NCBI GenBank assembly: GCA_001825035.1
Contig: MHUO01000004.1
Location: 155,476 to 219,475 of the forward strand
From: Candidatus Wildermuthbacteria bacterium RIFOXYD1_FULL_50_12
GTDB taxonomy: Bacteria; Patescibacteriota; Minisyncoccia; Minisyncoccales; UBA10102
Direction: 5' to 3'
Length of the DNA stretch: 64,000 bases
Shown in pieces: positions 39,058 to 47,183 of this stretch (the stretch's first letter is position 1; every line of letters begins with the position of its first letter). Under the pieces are notes generated by a model, which saw only the letters and a list, made by a program, of their open reading frames with translations, made no database searches and was not told the DNA's origin. The translations under genes and the position numbers were made by a program.

Positions 39058-39474
39058 ATGGGAGATAACGGTAATCAATTTGTAGGGGTTCGGAAGAGCG
39101 AAAAGCACGGGAGGGGATTGTTTGCATTAAGAAATTTTGTAAAGGGAGAAATGATATATTCTTTTCCTTTGGAAAGAGTAGTAAGTCCACGTCAAATCCA
39201 GGGACTTTCGGAAGAAGAGCGAGATCATCTTGATAAGATAGGTGAAGATGAATATGAAATTATCCAGCCCCCTCTCTGTTATGTGAATCATTCTTGCGAT
39301 CCGGATATTTAGGAGGCGCTAGAAGGGAGGGCAAGAGTAGGATATGCTTTGCGAGATATAATGAGCGGAGAAGAGTTGACGGTGGATTATGATAAGACGG
39401 CGTATCTTGAGATGCCATTCGAATGCCACTGCGGCTCAAAAAACTGCAGAGGACTCGTGCGAGGTAAGAGGTAA
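39058..39474 (+). pseudogene. SET-domain protein with in-frame TAG at 39310-39312
   Basis: GRGLFA, NHSCDP, then TAG; the same frame continues ALRDI.SGEELTVDY and post-SET CHCGSKNCRG. Confidence 0.8.
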
Positions 39475-39487
39475 AAACAGAGAAAAT

Positions 39488-39916
39488 ATGGAAGGTAAAA
39501 AAGAGCAACAAAAAGTAGTGGTGGCGGCGTGCATTCGTGATGAAAAGGGAAAAATTCTTTTGGCAAAAAGAGTTGACTTTTTGAATCTTAAAGCAAATGG
39601 GAAGTGGGAGTTTCCGGGCGGGGAAGTAGAGTTTGGCGAATCGCCCGAAGCCGCACTTATGCGTGAATGTCGAGAGGAAATTGGGTGTACAATAGAAATT
39701 GTACGCTTGCTGCCATATCTTCATCAAAATGTGGGGCACCGGACAACGGGCGAGGTGGTGCAGGCGTTTGTGTCGTGTTTTGAGGCGAAAATTACGGAAG
39801 GGGAGCCAAAGCCCGCAGAACGGGAGATTTCCGAACTGCAATGGTATAAAAAAGAAGAGATACCTGCGCTGGACTCCCTCCCCGGCACCAACGAATTTAT
39901 AAATTTGCTTGAATAA
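39488..39916 (+). CDS. Nudix hydrolase (MutT-like)
   Basis: WEFPGGEVEFGESPEAALMRECREEIG Nudix box. Confidence 0.9.
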   Translation: MEGKKEQQKVVVAACIRDEKGKILLAKRVDFLNLKANGKWEFPGGEVEFGESPEAALMRECREEIGCTIEIVRLLPYLHQNVGHRTTGEVVQAFVSCFEAKITEGEPKPAEREISELQWYKKEEIPALDSLPGTNEFINLLE

Positions 39917-39921
39917 AAAAT

Positions 39922-40128
39922 ATGAGACAGAAAGGATTCGGATTAATTATGCTAATGATTGCTATGGCTATTATTGCCTTTCTCGTAGTGGGAGGGGTAT
40001 ATGTTTCTGGCGTCAGGAGGGAACGATCAGTCATCGAGACGGGGATTGATGCCACGCAGCAGATTGAAGATATCCAGAACATGCTTAACGCGCACGGCGA
40101 ACAGATAAAAACTGAATCACAGGAATAA
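39922..40128 (+). CDS. Small membrane protein with prepilin-like N-terminus
   Basis: MRQKGF followed by a hydrophobic helix. Confidence 0.55.
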   Translation: MRQKGFGLIMLMIAMAIIAFLVVGGVYVSGVRRERSVIETGIDATQQIEDIQNMLNAHGEQIKTESQE

Positions 40129-40130
40129 TT

Positions 40131-40904
40131 ATGGACTACCAAAAAATTGTGTTCCCCGTATTGAGAGAGGCGGGGGAGGAGCTGAGGAAAGGTTTTGGGA
40201 AGGCCGAAATTATACAGGAGAAAGGCGATCTTGCGGTGGATGTGGTAACTGCGCTTGATAGGAAGACAGAAGAGTTTCTTGCAACAAAACTTCGCGCAGC
40301 AGATCCTTCCGCAGATTTTTATGGGGAAGAAAACGGTGGGCACGAGGATGGCGAGCGATTTTGGGTATGCGACCCCATAGACGGGACTGCGCATTTTATA
40401 CGAGGACTGCCTTTTTGTACCACCATGCTGTGCCTGATTGAAAATGGTCAGGTCGTATTTTCTGCGATTTATGATTTTGTGAAAGACGACATCTATTGGG
40501 CAGAAAAAGGGAAAGGCGCTTGGAGGAACGATGATCCAATTCACGTGAGCAAGCGCACCTTGCAACAGGCATATCTTTCGTTTGAAACGCATGAGGATAA
40601 TCCGCAGGATGCAGAAAAACTTCACGCATTGCGCAAACGATGTATTCTTGTGAATACGATAAGCGCCGGCTTTGAATACGCGATGGTAGCTTGTGGCAAA
40701 CTGGAAGGCAGGATTACGTTTGATCCGTATGGCAAAGTTTGGGATTATGCGTCCGGCCCTCTTTTGGTGGAAGAAGCGGGCGGGGTTGCGGTGAACATCG
40801 GGAAGGAAAGTTATGACTATCGCAATTTTGACGTTATCGCTACGAACCCCGTTATTTACAAAGAGCTCACCGAAGGAGAACACGCAATCTTTCCTATTCG
40901 ATAA
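40131..40904 (+). CDS. Inositol monophosphatase family protein
   Basis: GEE, WVCDPIDGT, WDYA.G..LVEEAGG. Confidence 0.92.
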   Translation: MDYQKIVFPVLREAGEELRKGFGKAEIIQEKGDLAVDVVTALDRKTEEFLATKLRAADPSADFYGEENGGHEDGERFWVCDPIDGTAHFIRGLPFCTTMLCLIENGQVVFSAIYDFVKDDIYWAEKGKGAWRNDDPIHVSKRTLQQAYLSFETHEDNPQDAEKLHALRKRCILVNTISAGFEYAMVACGKLEGRITFDPYGKVWDYASGPLLVEEAGGVAVNIGKESYDYRNFDVIATNPVIYKELTEGEHAIFPIR

Positions 40905-40906
40905 AT

Positions 40907-41356
40907 ATGCCAAGCAATAAAGAACGACATCGAATTATTCCAGCCGCATATGTGATTTTCCGTGATGGGGATAAGATTTTATTGCAGAGGAGAATGAATA
41001 CGGGATATGAAGATGGAAATTACGGACTTGTCTCTGGACATGTGGAGCAGGGAGAATCGTACAAGGCAGCAATAGTTCGTGAGGCGAGAGAAGAAACAGG
41101 GATAGAGTTGCGGCAAGAAGATTTGAGATTTGTGCACTTCATGCATCGGAGCCAAAAAGATGTGTATAACGAAAGGGCAGATGTATTTTTTGTTGCAGAA
41201 CGCTGGGAGGGGGAGATTACGAACGCGGAACCTGAAAAGTGCGACGATTTGAGCTGGTTTGATAAAAACAATCTTCCAGAGAACCTCATTCCATATATTC
41301 GCGAAGCTTTGCGGTATATAGAGGAAGGTATAATGTACAGCGAATATGGCTGGTAA
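40907..41356 (+). CDS. Nudix hydrolase
   Basis: SGHVEQGES...A.VREAREETG; NAEPEKCDDL.WF. Confidence 0.9.
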   Translation: MPSNKERHRIIPAAYVIFRDGDKILLQRRMNTGYEDGNYGLVSGHVEQGESYKAAIVREAREETGIELRQEDLRFVHFMHRSQKDVYNERADVFFVAERWEGEITNAEPEKCDDLSWFDKNNLPENLIPYIREALRYIEEGIMYSEYGW

Positions 41357-41362
41357 TTAGCA

Positions 41363-42361
41363 ATGATTTTTTCCATCACAAAACCAGATCCATTCAATAT
41401 TCTTGCTTCAACAAAGGGGGTCTTGGAGGAAGCAAAGTTTGTTGCCATTAACCAAAAGGCAGTTGAGAGCAATGTCACGCGCATTGGCGGGTATCTCAAG
41501 CAACATGCTGATTTCCCCGATTTTGGGCACCGACTTACGGGAAACTTTGAAGCCGATCTCCAATTGATTTTCTTTGAATCGATGATGGGTTTTTGCTTTT
41601 GGACGATTCCCGGAAAGCCCAAGTGGGGCATTGAAATGTCGGATGGCGAAAGGGTTGATGGATGGTACGGGGTGTGTGCGTCGTTTAAGCGCGCGTACGA
41701 TGAAGGCACACCCGTAGGCGATGCGAATTTTTTTGCGAAGGCAGATAGAAAAGATGTACAGAATATATTTCGTTCTGCAACTGGTGCTGAGATTCCATTG
41801 CTCGACGAGCGAGTCGCGATCCTCAATGAGAACGCGCGTGTTCTCAATGAGCATTTTGGCGGCAAGACGCTAAATCTTCTTGAGGCCGCCGATCGGGACG
41901 TAATAAAACTTCTTCATCTCTTGCTTCAATGTTTTCCATCGTATCGAGATGTTGCGACATACAATGCCCGTGAGGTTGTATTTCTTAAAATTGCCCATTT
42001 GCTTGCACTTGATTTGGAGTATCGATTGACTCCGCAGTCGCAACGACCGTTCTTGAAGAATTTTGATCAGTTGTGCGTGTTCGCCGACTATAAATTGCCG
42101 CAGCTATTGCGAGCTTTTGGCGTGTTAGAGTATAAGCAGTCGCTTGCCGATACGGTTGATTCTTATACAATCATTCCAAAAGGATCGGAACAGGAGGTTG
42201 AGATTCGATCTGGCGCGATATGGGGCGTGGAGCTTTTGCGGCAACAGCTTCCCGAGTATTCTTCTGTTCAGGTCGGCCACGTCATCTGGCTGTTGAGCCA
42301 GGATCAGGAATTGCAGTCCAAGATCAAACCTTATCATCGTACGCATACAACATTTTATTAA
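41363..42361 (+). CDS. Queuosine salvage protein (DUF2419/QNG1-like)
   Basis: FCFW, ER...L.E, F..YRD, FLK.A, FADYKLPQ.LR..GVL.Y, EVEIR, HRT.T.FY terminus. Confidence 0.85.
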   Translation: MIFSITKPDPFNILASTKGVLEEAKFVAINQKAVESNVTRIGGYLKQHADFPDFGHRLTGNFEADLQLIFFESMMGFCFWTIPGKPKWGIEMSDGERVDGWYGVCASFKRAYDEGTPVGDANFFAKADRKDVQNIFRSATGAEIPLLDERVAILNENARVLNEHFGGKTLNLLEAADRDVIKLLHLLLQCFPSYRDVATYNAREVVFLKIAHLLALDLEYRLTPQSQRPFLKNFDQLCVFADYKLPQLLRAFGVLEYKQSLADTVDSYTIIPKGSEQEVEIRSGAIWGVELLRQQLPEYSSVQVGHVIWLLSQDQELQSKIKPYHRTHTTFY

Positions 42362-42384
42362 ATGGAAAACCAAAGTGCCTAAAT

Positions 42385-42918
42385 ATGCCAAAGAGATTGG
42401 GAGAGAAAGAAATCTTTAAATCGAGAATCTTTACCATTAAAGAAGCCGAGCTTGAGTTTGCATCGGGGAGAAAAGTAAAACATGAATTCCTTGATCTAGG
42501 AGATTCGGTGATGGTGGTTCCGATTGCGGAAGACGGAACATTGCTTCTCATAAATGAGTATCATACTGCAATCAACGAGTTTCAGCTTGGGCTTTGTAAG
42601 GGGGCCTTACACAAGGGGGAAGATCCAAGGGAACGAGCCAATACTGAATTGCAAGAAGAGGTTGGCCATAAGGCACAAAAGTTAGACGAGCTGATCGTGT
42701 TGAATGCATTCCCTGGTTATCAGACCAACAAAACGTTTGTGTATCTCGCAAGAGATTTGGTGAAAAGCAAGCTGGCGGGGGATGTAGATGAGGAAGAGCT
42801 TGAAGTTTTTCCATACCCATTTTTGGATTTCGAAAAACTTATTGAGGATGGAAGATTGAAAGAAGCAAGGGCGATTGCGGCGCTATATCTTGCAAAAAAA
42901 TTTCTCAATAATTCTTAA
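42385..42918 (+). CDS. Nudix hydrolase (NudE/ADP-ribose pyrophosphatase-like)
   Basis: KG....GEDPRERANTELQEEVG; GDVDEEELEV. Confidence 0.85.
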   Translation: MPKRLGEKEIFKSRIFTIKEAELEFASGRKVKHEFLDLGDSVMVVPIAEDGTLLLINEYHTAINEFQLGLCKGALHKGEDPRERANTELQEEVGHKAQKLDELIVLNAFPGYQTNKTFVYLARDLVKSKLAGDVDEEELEVFPYPFLDFEKLIEDGRLKEARAIAALYLAKKFLNNS

Positions 42919-42921
42919 TGT

Positions 42922-43394
42922 ATGTCACACATTCACGAACTTATCGATTGGACCGTAGTAGCTTATGTGGTGCATGGGGAGAAGGTTCTTATGGTATACC
43001 ATAGAGAACTTCAAAAGTGGTTGCCGTTGGGCGGGCACATTGAGTTAAATGAAGATCCCGACGAAGCGTTGATGCGTGAAGTGCAAGAGGAGAGCGGCAT
43101 TGAGGAGATAGAAGTGCTTGCCGCAAAACCTACAGTTGAAGGTGATACGAGCGAGCGCAAATTTCTATATACCCCTGCATATATGGATATCATAAGATCA
43201 ACGATCGACATAGGCACATTGGACTGGTATATTTTCTCCGCACGAGAACCGATGCGATTCGGCTCGCAGAGAGTGAGCATGAGGGAATCCGCTGGTTTAC
43301 TATAAAAGATTTAGAGAGACCCGAATTTCACATTGAACCTTCCATCAAATTTTACGCAAAAGAAGCCTTAACAAGGGCATATGACGACGATTGA
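42922..43394 (+). pseudogene. Nudix hydrolase with 1-nt frameshift near 43190
   Basis: WLPLGGHIELNEDPDEALMREVQEESG; the natural C-terminus HKINDRHRHIGLVYF...EHEGIRWF continues in another frame to TGA 43394. Confidence 0.75.
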
Positions 43395-43716
43395 AGATTT
43401 TGAAAAAGTGGATATACGGGTGGGGAATATAATTGAGGTGGAGGATTTCCCGGAAGCAAGGAAGCCGGCGTATAAACTCAAGATTGATTTTGGGCAGGAA
43501 GTTGGCGTGAAACAATCTTCTGCGCGGCTGGTAGATTTATACACAAAAGAAGAACTTAATGGAAAGTTAGTGTTGGGAGTGGTGAATTTTCCTCCGAGAC
43601 AAATCGGTCCATTTGTTTCTGAAGTTTTGACGCTCGGCGTTCCTGATGAAAACGGAAACGTAATTTTAGTGGTGCCAGACAAAGAAAATTCTCCGCTTGG
43701 GGGCAAACTATTTTGA
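43381..43716 (+). CDS. csaA: CsaA export chaperone / tRNA-binding protein
   Basis: DFEKVDIRVG.I, ARKPAYKL.IDFG, VVNFPPRQIG.F.SEVL.LG. Confidence 0.9.
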   Translation: MTTIEDFEKVDIRVGNIIEVEDFPEARKPAYKLKIDFGQEVGVKQSSARLVDLYTKEELNGKLVLGVVNFPPRQIGPFVSEVLTLGVPDENGNVILVVPDKENSPLGGKLF

Positions 43717-43718
43717 CT

Positions 43719-44288
43719 ATGAAAATTATATTGGGGTCGAGGTCGGAGGGAAGACAAGAGATGCTGAGGGAGATGGGGTATGAGTTTGAGGTGATGCCGG
43801 CGGATATTGATGAAAAGGCGATTCGGCATGAGAATCCGAGAGAGTTGGTTTTGATGTTGGCGAACGCGAAAGCAGATGCATTATTGCCAAAGATCAAGGA
43901 GCCCGCGATTTTGATTACGGCAGATCAGGTAGTGGCATGGAATGGCCAGATCCGAGAAAAGCCGGAGAATGAGGAAGAGGCAAAAGAGTTTTTGCGAACA
44001 TATTATCAGGCCCCAGCAGAAGTCATAAATGGAATCGTGGTAGTGAATACGGGAACGGGGAAAAGGGCGTCTGCGGTGGATTCAAGCAGGGTATACTTTA
44101 AGGAAATTCCGACAGATGCACTTGAGCAGTTTGCAAAGCTCGAACACATTTATCGGAGAGCAGGCGGTTTTGCGATTAGAGATCCCTTGCTTCAGCCATA
44201 CATTGAGAAAGTGGAAGGAACAGACGATAGCGTAATGGGCCTGCCAAAGGAACTTACCAAGCAATTAATTCGTGAGGTCATAGCGTAA
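43719..44288 (+). CDS. maf: Maf nucleoside triphosphate pyrophosphatase
   Basis: IILGS.S..R, DIDE, LA.AKA, ITADQVV, EKP, AG.F, V.GLP. Confidence 0.9.
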   Translation: MKIILGSRSEGRQEMLREMGYEFEVMPADIDEKAIRHENPRELVLMLANAKADALLPKIKEPAILITADQVVAWNGQIREKPENEEEAKEFLRTYYQAPAEVINGIVVVNTGTGKRASAVDSSRVYFKEIPTDALEQFAKLEHIYRRAGGFAIRDPLLQPYIEKVEGTDDSVMGLPKELTKQLIREVIA

Positions 44289-44929
44289 TGGCACTGGTGT
44301 TTATTCTCATAGCGTTTGTTGTTGCGATTCCGTTTTTGGTGCTGTTTGGATTGTTTCATGTTGCGACATCTGGTTTTGAAAAATTAGGATTGCCTCCAGA
44401 AGCAGTGTTTGGAGTGCTATTCTTTATGCTTGTGGGCTCGTTAATCAATATTCCCATCGGAAGGCGGCGGCTGGTGGAAGTAGAGGAATCCCGCTTTTTT
44501 GGATTGGTACGCCGGCGGGGATTTCAGCAGCAAGGGCTTTCCCTGAACGTGGGCGGAGTAATTATCCCTCTGCTTTTAGTTTTGTATCTTTTGCCGAGGG
44601 TGCCGCTTCGCGAGACCTTGCTTGCCTCTTTACTTATGATTGTGCTCTGTTTTCTGCTCGCCAGATTCGTGCCGGGCAAGGGAATAGCGATTCCCATATT
44701 GTTTCCTGCCCTGTTTGCAACCATATTCGGCTTGGTGCTTGCGTTTGAGGCGGCGGCGGCCGTGGCTTTTGTTTCAGGGGTGCTGGGCGTGATTATCGGA
44801 GGCGATTTGCTCCACTTGCCGCGAGTGATGCGAGAGAATCAGGGCATAATGTCCATCGGGGGAGCCGGCGTGTTTGATGGTATCTTTCTCATTGCCATTA
44901 TTGCGACTTTCCTTGCCGGACTGCTCTAA
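44288..44929 (+). CDS. DUF1614-like membrane protein
   Basis: GSLINIP, NVGG.IIP, G.DLL.L, SIGGAGVFDGIFL. Confidence 0.8.
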   Translation: MALVFILIAFVVAIPFLVLFGLFHVATSGFEKLGLPPEAVFGVLFFMLVGSLINIPIGRRRLVEVEESRFFGLVRRRGFQQQGLSLNVGGVIIPLLLVLYLLPRVPLRETLLASLLMIVLCFLLARFVPGKGIAIPILFPALFATIFGLVLAFEAAAAVAFVSGVLGVIIGGDLLHLPRVMRENQGIMSIGGAGVFDGIFLIAIIATFLAGLL

Positions 44930-44948
44930 ATGTGGTAACGTAGTGCGT

Positions 44949-46301
44949 ATGCAAAGATGGAGGGTAGTTAGTATTGTTGCTCTCGCGCTTCTGGCAGGGG
45001 TGGCTGCCGGATTTTTTGTTTTCCCAGAGCAGGTTAATCTCCGGCTCGCAAAGCTTCCAGGCAGCCCACAAGTTCCCGTGATACCGTTTCGTTTGGGACT
45101 GGATTTGCAGGGAGGCGTGCACTTGGTATACGAGGCGGATCTGTCTCGGGTGGATTCTGCTGATTATGACTCTGCTACGGAAGGACTGCGCGATATCATT
45201 GAGCGGCGCGTGAATATTTTTGGCGCCAAAGAATCCGTAGTGCAGATTGAGGGCGGGGGAGACGACCGGCGCCTCATCGTGGAAATTGCCGGAGCAGTTG
45301 ACGCTGGAGAAGCCATCGAAATGATTGGGCGAGCACCGTTTCTTGAGTTTCGGGAGCTGAAGAGGGATTACGAAGAAATCGTTCAAAGAAATCAACAAGT
45401 ACTTGAAAGCGGAGAGGATCCGCCAGCTGGCGGATTTGAGAATATCTATGTTTCTACCCAACTCAACGGAAGTTTTCTCCAGCGCGCCGAGGTGGGGTTT
45501 GAGCAAGTAACGCAAAGTCCCAATATTCTTTTGACGTTCAATGACGAGGGAGCGCGCCTTTTTCAAGAAATAACCGGCCGCAACGTGGGTAAACCTCTCG
45601 CGATTTTTTTGGACAACGAATTGCTTGAGGAGCCGGTTGTGCGGGGGGAAATTTCAGGTGGCAAGGCGCAGATTACGGGACAATTTACTTTGGAAGAGGC
45701 GCGTCAGTTCGTGCGCGATCTCAACGCGGGCGCCGTGCCGGTTTCTATCTCTCTACTTTCTCAGCAGACAGTTGGGCCTACACTCGGCAAGGTGTCGTTA
45801 GCGCAGAGTCTAAAGGCAGGGATTATCGGATTTTTCCTCGTGGTGGCTTTTATGATCGCGTTCTATAGAGTTCCGGGCGCTCTGGCGATTTTGACGCTTT
45901 CCTTGTATGGAGTGTTTTTGCTGTTTTTGTTAAAGATCTTCGGGCTTACCTTTACCTTGGCAGGAATTGCAGGTATCATTCTTTCCATAGGCATGGCGGT
46001 GGATGCTAATATTCTTATTTTTTCAAGATTTCGCGAAGAGATGGACGAAGGCAAATCATTTTCCGTGAGCATGGAAGAAGGTTTTCGCAGGGCATGGCCT
46101 TCCATTCGCGATGGAAACGTTACCACCCTGCTTGCGGCATTCATTCTTTTCTGGTTCGGTACCTCTTTCGTACAGGGGTTTGCGCTTACCTTGGCTGTCG
46201 GCATTTTTGTGAGCATGTTTTCCGCGATTTTCGTGACCAAGAACTTTATGCGCTTGTTCATAAACACGCGACTTGAGAAAATTGCGTGGCTGTGGAAATA
46301 G
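44949..46301 (+). CDS. secD: Protein translocase subunit SecD
   Basis: LGLDLQGG, VGPTLG, AGIILSIGMAVDANILIF.R..EE. Confidence 0.95.
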   Translation: MQRWRVVSIVALALLAGVAAGFFVFPEQVNLRLAKLPGSPQVPVIPFRLGLDLQGGVHLVYEADLSRVDSADYDSATEGLRDIIERRVNIFGAKESVVQIEGGGDDRRLIVEIAGAVDAGEAIEMIGRAPFLEFRELKRDYEEIVQRNQQVLESGEDPPAGGFENIYVSTQLNGSFLQRAEVGFEQVTQSPNILLTFNDEGARLFQEITGRNVGKPLAIFLDNELLEEPVVRGEISGGKAQITGQFTLEEARQFVRDLNAGAVPVSISLLSQQTVGPTLGKVSLAQSLKAGIIGFFLVVAFMIAFYRVPGALAILTLSLYGVFLLFLLKIFGLTFTLAGIAGIILSIGMAVDANILIFSRFREEMDEGKSFSVSMEEGFRRAWPSIRDGNVTTLLAAFILFWFGTSFVQGFALTLAVGIFVSMFSAIFVTKNFMRLFINTRLEKIAWLWK

Positions 46302-46302
46302 T

Positions 46303-47181
46303 ATGAAGATTTTAGATTATTCCAAATATTGTCTCTTTCTTTCCGTTGTTTTGGTTGTCGCGAGCATATTCGCCATTGCGGTTTTTGGATTGAAACCCGG
46401 CATTGAGTTCACGGGAGGGAGCATATTGGGGGTGGAATATGCAAAAGAGCGTCCTTCTCTGGAGTTCGTGCGCGGCCGACTTGCCGGCATGGACGTGGGT
46501 TTGGTTTCTGCTCAGGAGGCGGGTGAGCAGGGGATTATTCTTCGTATGAGAGATCTTTCGGAAAAACAGCATCAAGCGGTATTGACTGTTCTCGGGTCAG
46601 ATGCGCGGGAGGTGCGTTTTGAATCCATTGGGCCGGTTATCGGCAAAGAGTTGAGAGGGAAATCACTCATTCTTTTGATGCTCGTCCTCGGAGCCATTAC
46701 TCTCTACGTTATGTTCGCCTTCAGAAAAATGAGACAGCCCGTGCATCCTTTTCGCTGGAGCTTGGCAGCTCTTGTGGCATTGCTGCACGATATCTTGATT
46801 CCTCTTGGCGCACTTGCCGTTTTGGGCGCAATGTACGGCGAACAGATTACGATTCCCGTGGTTGTTGCGCTTTTGACCGTGGCGGGTTATTCCGTAAACG
46901 ACACGGTGGTGATATTTGACCGCATACGAGAGAATTTCCTTAAAAAAACGGGGACTGATTTTGCAGACACGGTTCGTAAGGGCTTGGAGCAGACGCTCGT
47001 CCGCTCCGTGAATACTTCCCTTACCACGTTGCTTGTGGTGCTTGCCATTGTATTCTTCGGAGGAGAAACGCTCCGGCTTTTCGCGCTTACTTTGGCAATA
47101 GGCATGGGAGCAGGGGTATGGTCTTCTTTGTTTGTTGCTCCCTTTGTCTTGACGAGAAAAGGAAAGTTTGGTTTAATCTAG
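46303..47181 (+). CDS. secF: Protein translocase subunit SecF
   Basis: GIEFTGG, IGPVIG.EL, GYSVNDTVVIFDRIREN. Confidence 0.95.
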   Translation: MKILDYSKYCLFLSVVLVVASIFAIAVFGLKPGIEFTGGSILGVEYAKERPSLEFVRGRLAGMDVGLVSAQEAGEQGIILRMRDLSEKQHQAVLTVLGSDAREVRFESIGPVIGKELRGKSLILLMLVLGAITLYVMFAFRKMRQPVHPFRWSLAALVALLHDILIPLGALAVLGAMYGEQITIPVVVALLTVAGYSVNDTVVIFDRIRENFLKKTGTDFADTVRKGLEQTLVRSVNTSLTTLLVVLAIVFFGGETLRLFALTLAIGMGAGVWSSLFVAPFVLTRKGKFGLI

Positions 47182-47183
47182 GA

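Larger units (their letters stand above)
36777..39068 (+). repeat. Dispersed degenerate copies of the SEC-C (secA 3' end) coding sequence at gene junctions
   Basis: Copies at 36777-36817, 37315-37359, 37384-37414, 38053-38118, 38472-38507, 39025-39068 align to (P)CGSGKKYKKCHGx*. Confidence 0.75.

Noticed and set aside
36777-39068. CRISPR array or classical integron attC sites
   Set aside because: The repeats are degenerate coding sequence with gene-sized spacing, lack GTTRRRY/RYYYAAC hairpins, and there is no cas or intI gene in the window.
39310-39312. Stop-codon recoding (TAG readthrough or code 25)
   Set aside because: TAG, TGA and TAA all end conserved genes at expected positions (murB TAG, secA and lepA TGA), so a single nonsense mutation or error is simpler.
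39424-39453. CHCGSKNCRG as another SEC-C relic
   Set aside because: It is the normal post-SET zinc-binding motif of the SET protein.
42361-42380. gga aaa cca aag tgc (GKPKC) as a further SEC-C relic
   Set aside because: Too short and lacks the CATGG core; not distinguishable from chance.
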